A stretch of 57,374 nt of DNA from contig DROX01000012.1 of NCBI GenBank assembly GCA_011321725.1, positions 1 to 57,374 of the forward strand, read 5' to 3'. Every line of letters starts with the position of its first letter. The first letter of the stretch is position 1. The position numbers were made by a program, and so were the translations under genes. The DNA is from Nitrospirota bacterium (lineage in GTDB: Bacteria > Nitrospirota > Thermodesulfovibrionia > Thermodesulfovibrionales > JdFR-85). The notes beneath the pieces are model-generated. The model was not told the origin of the DNA and made no database searches. It saw nothing but the letters and a program-made list of their open reading frames with translations. Positions 37,071 to 44,663 of this stretch are shown here, one piece after another.

Positions 37071-37547
37071 TCATGCCTCCTTGTCAAGTAGGGTCTTTAC
37101 AAGTGCATAATAGAGGTCTCTTACATATACGATTCCCAGAACCTTCCCGTCTTTATTGACAACAGGTACCCTCTGGAGGTTATGCTTGACCATCATATCA
37201 GCACACTCCATGAGAGGCGCATCTTCATCAATGGTGATAACATCCTTTGTCATGAACTCACTTACCCGCTTGTCTGCAACCTTCTTGGCCATATCCTCAA
37301 GCATCCCATCCCATGTGAATTCACCCAGTGAAGTATAGGACATGTAGAAGGGGATAATGGTCTTCAGGATATCCTTTATTGAGACCATGCCAACAAGATT
37401 ACCCTTTTCATCAAGAACTATCAACCCCTTGACTCCCACCTTCTTTTCACCCCTCCTGGCAACACGCATCTTGTTTACAGCGTCCTTCAGGGTCTCCTCA
37501 GGAGACAGGTAATCTATAACCGGTTCCATTATCTCCTTTACCTTCAC
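37071..37547 (-). CDS. CBS-pair domain protein
   Basis: 158 aa with two CBS motifs (VLDEKGNLVGMVSIKDIL and VVNKDGKVLGIVYVRDL). GTG start with GGGAGG 5 nt upstream. Confidence 0.85.
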   Translation of the reverse strand: MKVKEIMEPVIDYLSPEETLKDAVNKMRVARRGEKKVGVKGLIVLDEKGNLVGMVSIKDILKTIIPFYMSYTSLGEFTWDGMLEDMAKKVADKRVSEFMTKDVITIDEDAPLMECADMMVKHNLQRVPVVNKDGKVLGIVYVRDLYYALVKTLLDKEA

Positions 37548-37673
37548 AATAACCTCCCTGTTTTTTATTGCAATAGTTATGTTGAAAGACGAAACTGATG
37601 GATATCATAATACTTAGGTATATACCGAGTCAATATCAGCCGGATTTTTTCTTTTAATAGATAATTAAGTTTG

Positions 37674-37682
37674 TGTTATACT
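37674..37682 (+). promoter_or_regulatory. Extended -10 promoter element TGTTATACT, 8 nt upstream of the ktrB ATG (near-leaderless candidate)
   Basis: TG at 37674-37675, TATACT at 37677-37682, ATG at 37691. No SD in between. The -35 is weak (TTAAGT 37655-37660). Confidence 0.35.
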
Positions 37683-37690
37683 TTCAGATT

Positions 37691-39028
37691 ATGGAAACAT
37701 ACAGTTCAGGAAGGCTTTCATCGCCCCAGATACTGTTGAGTGGTTTCCTGGGAGTAATAGCACTGGGGACCGCACTGCTGATGCTTCCATACTCAACCAG
37801 GGGTGGAATAACCCTTATAGATGCCCTTTTCACATCCACCTCTGCCGTATGTGTGACCGGGCTTATTGTGAAGAGTACGCCGGCGGATTTTACCCTTTTT
37901 GGTCAGGTTGTTATTATGCTGTTGATCCAGATAGGCGGGCTTGGATACATGTCAATGGCCACACTGCTTGCCCTGCTATCAGGCCGGAGGATCGGGCTCT
38001 TTGAAAGGATGATGTTGAAGGAATCGCTGAATATTACATCCTTTGAAGGCATTGTAAGATTCATGAAGAGGATGCTTTTCTTTGTATTCTCTGTGGAAGC
38101 AGCCGGTGCCATAGTCCTGGTATTTGTCTTTTTAGAGAACAACTCACCACAGAAATCAATTATCCTTGGTGTTTTTCATTCCATATCCGCCTTCAATAAT
38201 GCCGGCTTCAGCCTCTTCCCCGATAGTTTTATCAGATACCGGGGGGATATGGTATTAAATACTACTGTGATGCTGCTTATTGTACTTGGCGGTGCAGGCT
38301 TCATTGTGGTAGATGATTTATACGATTACCTCAGATACAGGAAAAAACTCATGCAACACACCAAGATCGTGTTAGTTGTTACACTCATTCTGATAACAGG
38401 TGGTGCACTGGTGATTTTTTTCAACGAAAGGTACTTCCTCTTCTCAGGGCTGCCCCTGAAAGAAAAGGTCCTTGCCTCCCTCTTTGCCTCTGTAACCTCT
38501 CGCACGGCAGGCTTTAACACGGTTGATTACTCAATGCTGCAGCCACAGACACTCTTTTTCACCATAATCCTGATGATCATAGGTGCATCTCCCGGCAGCA
38601 CAGGCGGAGGAATAAAGACCACAACATTCGCTGTAGTTGTGATGCATATATGGGCTACAATAAAAGGAAGAAGAGATACGGTGATCTTCAAAAGAAGGGT
38701 ACCCGATTTCCTGATCTCCAGGGCACTTGTCATCATGTCCCTTGCGGTGCTATATATCACGGTGGTCACATTTATTGTTGAGGACATAGAACATACAGGA
38801 TTCCTGAAGACCATGTTTGAGGTGGTTAGTGCCTTTGGTACGGTGGGGCTTTCAGTGGGCAACGGGGATGCACTCAGTCTGGTAGCAGGCTTTTCATTGC
38901 CTTCAAAGGTAATATTTGTTATAACCATGCTTGTGGGACGTCTTGGTCCCCTTACACTGTTTATGGCCCTGCTCAGACAGAGGGAAGAAAAGATAAGATA
39001 CCCGGAAGGGAGGTTGATGATCGGATGA
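37691..39028 (+). CDS. ktrB: TrkH/KtrB-family potassium transporter membrane subunit
   Basis: Polytopic with repeated selectivity-filter-like segments (SAVCVTGL, NNAGFS, TAGFNT, VGLSVG). The frame is open from GTG 37673. ATG 37691 is preferred from the promoter geometry. Confidence 0.85.
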   Translation: METYSSGRLSSPQILLSGFLGVIALGTALLMLPYSTRGGITLIDALFTSTSAVCVTGLIVKSTPADFTLFGQVVIMLLIQIGGLGYMSMATLLALLSGRRIGLFERMMLKESLNITSFEGIVRFMKRMLFFVFSVEAAGAIVLVFVFLENNSPQKSIILGVFHSISAFNNAGFSLFPDSFIRYRGDMVLNTTVMLLIVLGGAGFIVVDDLYDYLRYRKKLMQHTKIVLVVTLILITGGALVIFFNERYFLFSGLPLKEKVLASLFASVTSRTAGFNTVDYSMLQPQTLFFTIILMIIGASPGSTGGGIKTTTFAVVVMHIWATIKGRRDTVIFKRRVPDFLISRALVIMSLAVLYITVVTFIVEDIEHTGFLKTMFEVVSAFGTVGLSVGNGDALSLVAGFSLPSKVIFVITMLVGRLGPLTLFMALLRQREEKIRYPEGRLMIG

Positions 39029-39693
39029 AAAAACAGTTTGCTGTCATAGGGCTTGGAAGGTTCGGCTCGGCAGTGGCTGAGACCCTTGCAGCCTCGGGTG
39101 CAGAGGTGCTTGCTATAGACAGGGCCGAGGCAAAGGTCAAGCCCCTGTCAGATGTGGTGACCATTGCTGTGCAGTGTGATGCTACGGATGAAAAGGCCCT
39201 CAGGGAGGCGGGGGTCCAGAACGTGGATGTTGCGGTGGTGAGCATAGGTGAGAATATTGAGGCGAGCATCCTGGTTGTGATGCTTCTGAAGGAGTTCGGG
39301 ATAAAGGAGATAGTGGCAAAGGCGGTCAATGATCTCCATGGAAAGATTCTCAATCACATAGGTGTCAACAGGGTTGTATATCCTGAACGTGACATGGCAA
39401 AGAGGGTGGCACAGTCGCTGATCAGGCCGGAGTTTCTTGAGCAGATAGTACTGTCACCGGAGTACAGTATTGTGGAGATGCCTGCCCCTGCATTTACCTG
39501 GAACAAGACCATAAGGGAGGCAAACCTCAGGGCTGAATACGGAGTAAGTATCATTGCAATAAAGAAACAGTATTTTCTTGAGGGAGCCAAAAAAGAGACA
39601 TGGAATATCAACCCTCACCCTGATGATATAATAACCAAAGAGGACCTCCTGGTGGTACTGGGTGCAAACAAGGATATAGAGAAACTTAGTTGA
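39025..39693 (+). CDS. ktrA: TrkA/KtrA-family potassium uptake regulatory subunit (RCK_N plus RCK_C)
   Basis: 222 aa. Rossmann motif VIGLGRFGSAVA and a C-terminal RCK_C region (..ITKEDLLVVLG..). ATGA overlap with ktrB. Confidence 0.85.
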   Translation: MKKQFAVIGLGRFGSAVAETLAASGAEVLAIDRAEAKVKPLSDVVTIAVQCDATDEKALREAGVQNVDVAVVSIGENIEASILVVMLLKEFGIKEIVAKAVNDLHGKILNHIGVNRVVYPERDMAKRVAQSLIRPEFLEQIVLSPEYSIVEMPAPAFTWNKTIREANLRAEYGVSIIAIKKQYFLEGAKKETWNINPHPDDIITKEDLLVVLGANKDIEKLS

Positions 39694-39709
39694 GACAAGC
39701 ACCGGGAGG

Positions 39710-41077
39710 CTAAAAGCCTATCACATAATATCTCAGCCATACATAGACCATTGAGATCAGGATTGTGAGAATCGTGATAGGTATCCCATAGGCAAGAAAC
39801 TGCAGGAATGTTATCCTCTTTCCTGACCTCTCCGCCATCCCCAGCACGATCACATTCGCAGATGCACCAATGGGAGAGCCATTACCCCCGAGACAGGCAC
39901 CAAGGGCAAGTGACCACCACAGGGGCATGAGATCGGCATGTTGCAGAAGGGCTACGCCCTTCAGGTCAGGCCATATCTGTTCTGCCATGTCTATTACAAG
40001 GGGATTCATGGTTGCCACATAGGGAATATTGTCCACGATGGCCGATGCAACAGCAGAGAACCACATGAGTATCATACTTGTTGCAAAAAGGTTTCCCTCA
40101 GTGAGGGCAAGCATCTTCATGGACATCCATTTTATCAGGCCCACCTTTACCACCCCGCCAATTATGATGAAAAGACCTATGAAGAAGAATATGGTAGGCC
40201 ACTCCACTTCTGACAGATACCTGTGGGGATCGTGAGTCTTTGAAAGGAGCAGCAGTATTCCAGCACCAAAGAGAGCTATCGTTGCAGGCTCATAATGAAG
40301 CATCCCGTGAAAGACAAATCCTGCAAGTACAACTGCAAGCACAAAGAGGCTCTTCTTCAGAAGCAGCGGGTCTTTTATGGCCTCACGCTCGTTCATATTC
40401 ATGATTCTCTGTTTCAGTTCCTCACGGGTCCTGATCCGCTTGCCAAAGAAGATCTTTATTAAAACAAGCAATACAATGGTTATTACAATTACCACAGGGG
40501 TGAGATTATAAATAAAATCCATGAAGTCAAGTTTTGCCTTTGAGGCTATCATTATATTCGGCGGATCGCCAATAAGAGTGGCCGTGCCTCCAATGTTGGA
40601 TGCCATTACCTGCATTATCAGAAAAGGGACAGGATTAACCTCAAGGGCATCACAGATAAGGAAAGTAACAGGCACAATAAGGAGCACTGTGGTCACATTA
40701 TCAAGCATGGCACTTAAAAGGGCTGTTACAACGAAGAGTATCATCATTATCCTTACGGGTTCGCCTTTGCCGAGTTTGGCACTCTTTATTGCTATATATT
40801 CAAAGAACCCCGTGGTCTTCAGTATATTGATTATGGTCATCATGCCAATCAGGAGAAAGACGACATTCCAGTCAACCCCTAACTCCTCAACATAGAATGC
40901 CTGTTGCTGTTCAAGTATCTTGAGAGCCAGCATGAGTGATGCGCCCACTACAGCAACCACTGTTTTATGTATCTTTTCGGAGACTATTACTGCATAGGAA
41001 AGGAGAAAGATTGTGGTGGCTGTCCAGAAGCTTGTATCCATTACAAGGGTATTTGAATCTGCCATGTTCTCTACCAA
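39710..41077 (-). CDS. ArsB/NhaD-superfamily permease, copy 2 (close paralog of 35696-37069)
   Basis: It aligns end to end with copy 1. By eye, roughly three quarters of residues are identical (not computed). A 39-nt identical DNA run occurs at 40115-40153 versus 36101-36139. The TTG start at 41077 has GGAGGT 5 nt upstream. Confidence 0.8.
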   Translation of the reverse strand: MVENMADSNTLVMDTSFWTATTIFLLSYAVIVSEKIHKTVVAVVGASLMLALKILEQQQAFYVEELGVDWNVVFLLIGMMTIINILKTTGFFEYIAIKSAKLGKGEPVRIMMILFVVTALLSAMLDNVTTVLLIVPVTFLICDALEVNPVPFLIMQVMASNIGGTATLIGDPPNIMIASKAKLDFMDFIYNLTPVVIVITIVLLVLIKIFFGKRIRTREELKQRIMNMNEREAIKDPLLLKKSLFVLAVVLAGFVFHGMLHYEPATIALFGAGILLLLSKTHDPHRYLSEVEWPTIFFFIGLFIIIGGVVKVGLIKWMSMKMLALTEGNLFATSMILMWFSAVASAIVDNIPYVATMNPLVIDMAEQIWPDLKGVALLQHADLMPLWWSLALGACLGGNGSPIGASANVIVLGMAERSGKRITFLQFLAYGIPITILTILISMVYVWLRYYVIGF

Positions 41078-41336
41078 TTTTTACCTCCATCACCAACTTT
41101 GAATTTTTATAAGGGACTATTATACTGAAAAGGAATCCGAAATGTATAGACCCCGGCAGGAGCAATGTCCGGATACTCTGCTTGTGTGTATGACCTTGTT
41201 TTATATGGGCATTGTTGGGGGCTCTCAATTAAAGTTGTCGGAGATCTGGACGATAATACTATAGACACCCTTAAAAATCCACGATAATAACGGAGGGTCA
41301 GGGGGAAGTTATATTCTGAGTGGAGCAATATCCCGG

Positions 41337-42710
41337 ATGAACACTAATGGTACGAACAAGATTCTGATCGTGGATGACGATCCCACTATAAGACAGTTCC
41401 TGAGCGAGGCACTGGAGAAGAACGGCTTCTATCCTGTGGAGGCCCCGGACGGCAGGAAGGCCATAGAGATCTTTGAGAGGGAGAGGCCTGACGGTATACT
41501 TCTTGACCTTATAATGCCCAGGATAGACGGGATCAGGACAATGGAGGAGCTGAAGAGGCTCTCACCTGAGATACCTGTTATCATTGTAACCGCCCATGGT
41601 GATATCCCCACTGCAGTAGATGCGATGAAACACGGTGCCTATGACTTTGTGGTCAAGCCGATAAACATTGAAAGACTGATCTTAACCCTGAGGAGGGCAA
41701 TTGAAAAGTTAGAGCTGGAAAGGATGGTGAAGAGGCTCAATACAGAGGTGGAGACATCCCTGGAGTGGCTTATGGGAAAAAGCACTATTATAAAGAGGGT
41801 TATAAGGCAGGTCCACCAGATCGCCTGGAGCAATCTCTCACTGATACTGCAGGGAGAGACAGGCACTGGTAAGACACTGATAGCCAGCGTTATACATAAT
41901 CTCAGCAGACGCTCTGAAGGCCCCTTTGTAAAGGTTGATATCAGCGCAATACCAGAGACACTCGTGGAGAGTGAACTCTTTGGTTACGAAAAGGGGGCAT
42001 TCACTGGTGCTGAAAAGAGAAAGAAGGGTTTTTTTGAGATTGCCCATGGTGGAACCATCTTCATAGATGAGCTGCAGAATATGTCCCCCTATGTCCAGAG
42101 TAAGCTCCTTAGCGTCCTGGAAGACAGGAAGGTTTATCCCCTCGGAGCCACCAGGCCGGTTGATGTTGATGTACGTATCATCACTGCGACCAATGCAGAT
42201 GTAAAAGAGATAATAAGGGAGAAGAAATTCAGGGAGGACCTCTTCTTCCGGCTCGGGGAGTTCATAATCACCCTGCCTCCTCTCAGGGAGAGGGTTGAGG
42301 ATATACCATTTCTTGCACAGAGGTTTCTCATGGAGGCAGGCGAAGAGCTGAACAAGCAGATGAGGGTGATCTCTGATGAGGCACTCAACCTCCTTATGAG
42401 ATATCCCTGGCCAGGCAATGTAAGGGAGCTGAAGAATGTGCTCAGGAGGGCCTCCATCCTTTCTGATGATGGTGTGATCAGGCCCGAGCATATAGAGTTC
42501 CTCTTTGGTGACAAATGTGAAGAGACAGCCAGCTTTCCCCTCCTTCCCCTGAAGGAACTCTCTTCCATTGCTGCAAAGAATGCCGAAAAGTGTGCCATAA
42601 AAAAGGCACTGGATATGACAAAGGGTAACAAATCAAGGGCAGCATCAATACTCCAGGTGGACTACAAGACACTGCTGACAAAGATAAAGGAGTTTGATAT
42701 CAGGGTATGA
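41337..42710 (+). CDS. Sigma-54-dependent response regulator (REC-AAA+-HTH), orphan with no adjacent kinase
   Basis: REC (ILIVDDD...GILLDLIMP). AAA+ with GETGTGKT, EKGAFTGA and IFIDEL. C-terminal HTH (AASILQVDYKTLLTKIKEF). Confidence 0.9.
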   Translation: MNTNGTNKILIVDDDPTIRQFLSEALEKNGFYPVEAPDGRKAIEIFERERPDGILLDLIMPRIDGIRTMEELKRLSPEIPVIIVTAHGDIPTAVDAMKHGAYDFVVKPINIERLILTLRRAIEKLELERMVKRLNTEVETSLEWLMGKSTIIKRVIRQVHQIAWSNLSLILQGETGTGKTLIASVIHNLSRRSEGPFVKVDISAIPETLVESELFGYEKGAFTGAEKRKKGFFEIAHGGTIFIDELQNMSPYVQSKLLSVLEDRKVYPLGATRPVDVDVRIITATNADVKEIIREKKFREDLFFRLGEFIITLPPLRERVEDIPFLAQRFLMEAGEELNKQMRVISDEALNLLMRYPWPGNVRELKNVLRRASILSDDGVIRPEHIEFLFGDKCEETASFPLLPLKELSSIAAKNAEKCAIKKALDMTKGNKSRAASILQVDYKTLLTKIKEFDIRV

Positions 42711-42757
42711 GCTATGGAAGGTCCTCCATAGCTATGGAACCGATTCCATAGTTCCAT
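42711..42757. promoter_or_regulatory. Two abutting inverted repeats built on the half-site CTATGGA(A): a putative enhancer (UAS) for the sigma-54 promoter downstream
   Basis: IR1 is gctatgga(42711-18)-N6-tccatagc(42725-32). IR2 is ctatggaa(42732-39)-N4-ttccatag(42744-51). An extra ttccat lies at 42752-57. The centres lie about 60-90 bp upstream of the -24 element. Confidence 0.45.
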
Positions 42758-42802
42758 CCCCCTTTCTCGCCTGAAATACCTTGATTCCCCATATTGTATC
42801 TC

Positions 42803-42818
42803 TGGCATCGCTTTTGCA
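42803..42818 (+). promoter_or_regulatory. Sigma-54 (-24/-12) promoter of the chemosensory operon
   Basis: TGGCAT(42803-42808)-N5-TTGCA(42814-42818) with exact GG-N10-GC spacing. It lies 37 nt upstream of ATG 42855, which has SD AGGAGG. Confidence 0.65.
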
Positions 42819-42854
42819 GTTTCATATACCAAAATCCAAAACAGGAGGTGTGAG

Positions 42855-43109
42855 ATGTCTGGAACAATAACTTTTGAGCAGGAACTGACAATAAACAGGA
42901 TAGCAGAGGTCCTGAATAAGCTCAGTGATGCATTGACTAAATGGGATGAGGTAACGGTTGACATCAGGGGTGTCAAAAAGATTGACGTTGCATGCACACA
43001 GGTACTTGTTGCAGCACAGAAGGAGAGTGATAACAGGGGGAACAGGCTGATTCTCATGAAATCCGATGAGGTGTCCAGCTTCTTGTCCCGGATAGGGGTA
43101 CAACTATGA
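42855..43109 (+). CDS. STAS-domain protein (anti-sigma-factor-antagonist-like), first gene of the che operon
   Basis: 84 aa. The pattern ...[25 protein letters not shown]...[14 protein letters not shown] fits the STAS/SpoIIAA fold. ATGA overlap with the next gene. Confidence 0.65.
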   Translation: MSGTITFEQELTINRIAEVLNKLSDALTKWDEVTVDIRGVKKIDVACTQVLVAAQKESDNRGNRLILMKSDEVSSFLSRIGVQL

Positions 43110-44320
43110 CACAGGAAAGAAGGCTTGCTATAAAGATAATCCTTATCATGTCACTGCTTGTACTGCCCAGTTTTATAAACAGCCCCTCCCAGAGGGTTCC
43201 CATTGCCATCACCCTTTACAGTATCGCCACAGTATCTGTGTATCTGCTGCTCAGGAAGCAGATCCGTTTCTACATGAACATCCAGAGCAGGACCCAGAAG
43301 GAACATCTCTCCGAGATAGAGACGGTGATTGGACCCCTTGCAAGGGTACTGAATGAAAAGGTCCAGCTTATCCCCGTGTTTACAGGTCAGCTCACAGATG
43401 TAATAGAACAGACAGAGTCTGCAGCCCTTAATATCGGTAACAGCTTCATGAGCATAGTTGAAAGGGCAAGGGGACAGGCAAAAAAGGCATCCCAGGCCTT
43501 CAACAGGTTTGCAGGCAGCAACGGAGACAGTGAAGGCAGTGCCATGCTTGAGATATGCAAGAAGGCACTCTCTGATGTTATAGGAAGCCTGAAGGAGATC
43601 TCGGATGTCACACAACAGACCCTTGGAGACATTGAACTGATAATAAAGGACGCAGACAACATAAAGAACATAATCACCGAGATTGAATACATCGCTGAAC
43701 AGACAAACCTCCTTGCACTGAACGCAGCCATAGAGGCAGCAAGGGCGGGAGAGTATGGAAAGGGTTTTGCCATTGTTGCAGACGAGGTAAGAAAGCTGTC
43801 GGACCGTTCAAATACAGCAGCTGACAAGATACGGAGGCTCATCATGAAGGTGGAACATGACATGAAAGGGATCTACTCAAGAACGGAAAAGAGCACAATG
43901 GAGAGCAACCGGAAATCCTCGGAGGCCGAGCAGATAGTAGAAGGGACACTTAAAAAGATTGACAGCACAATAAACGAGACCCACAGAGAGCTTGACGAGC
44001 TTGCCGAGGAGACGGAGGCCCTGGCAAAGGATATAAGCGGCATAATCATATCAATGCAGTTCCAGGACATAACCCGCCAGAGGATAGAACATGTGATTGA
44101 GCCGCTGAACTCATTCAAGGAGGAACTGGACGGGATAATCTCAAACCTCACGGACATGCAGGAGAGGATCCACTGGTGGGAAGAAGGCTCCAGGGGTGAG
44201 GAGTGGCTCCAGCAGTTCTACACCATGGAGGCCGAGAGGGATGTAATGAAAAGAACATTGGAAACAGCCAGTATAGAGAAAGGAGGAGGAAATAATGGCA
44301 AAAACGGTTCTGATAGTTGA
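43106..44320 (+). CDS. Methyl-accepting chemotaxis protein, membrane hairpin without a periplasmic ligand-binding domain
   Basis: 404 aa. Two TM helices are separated by about 6 residues (NSPSQR). Conserved signalling tip: [38 protein letters not shown]. Confidence 0.85.
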   Translation: MTQERRLAIKIILIMSLLVLPSFINSPSQRVPIAITLYSIATVSVYLLLRKQIRFYMNIQSRTQKEHLSEIETVIGPLARVLNEKVQLIPVFTGQLTDVIEQTESAALNIGNSFMSIVERARGQAKKASQAFNRFAGSNGDSEGSAMLEICKKALSDVIGSLKEISDVTQQTLGDIELIIKDADNIKNIITEIEYIAEQTNLLALNAAIEAARAGEYGKGFAIVADEVRKLSDRSNTAADKIRRLIMKVEHDMKGIYSRTEKSTMESNRKSSEAEQIVEGTLKKIDSTINETHRELDELAEETEALAKDISGIIISMQFQDITRQRIEHVIEPLNSFKEELDGIISNLTDMQERIHWWEEGSRGEEWLQQFYTMEAERDVMKRTLETASIEKGGGNNGKNGSDS

Positions 44321-44660
44321 TGATTCAACATCCATGAGGCAGATGGTTTCCTTTACTCTGAAGGATGCAGGTTATGAGATAGTGGAGGCTGTCAACGGAA
44401 GGGATGCACTGAACAAGGTCAATGGTAGAAAGATAGAGATGGTCATAACAGACCTGAACATGCCCGAGATGGACGGGATAGAGCTCATAAGACAGTTAAG
44501 ATGCAGTGCTGGGCTAAGGTTTACCCCCATTGTGATGTTAACAACAGAATCTCAGGAGTCCAAGAAAGAGGAAGGTAAAAGGGCTGGGGCAAGCGGCTGG
44601 ATAGTGAAGCCCTTTACCCCGGAGCAACTCGTATCAGTGGTAAAAAAGTTTGTGAGGTAG
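44295..44660 (+). CDS. cheY: Chemotaxis response regulator CheY
   Basis: 121-aa single REC domain: VLIVDDS...[13 protein letters not shown]...MLTTES...GWIVKPF. SD GGAGGAGGA. It overlaps the MCP gene by 26 nt. Confidence 0.9.
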   Translation: MAKTVLIVDDSTSMRQMVSFTLKDAGYEIVEAVNGRDALNKVNGRKIEMVITDLNMPEMDGIELIRQLRCSAGLRFTPIVMLTTESQESKKEEGKRAGASGWIVKPFTPEQLVSVVKKFVR

Positions 44661-44663
44661 ACA

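Noticed and set aside
42711-42732. Hairpin right after the NtrC-type regulator gene, read as a rho-independent terminator
   Set aside because: No U-tract follows it. It is immediately followed by a second palindrome with the same half-site and lies at enhancer distance from a sigma-54 promoter. It is interpreted as a UAS instead, though a dual role cannot be excluded.
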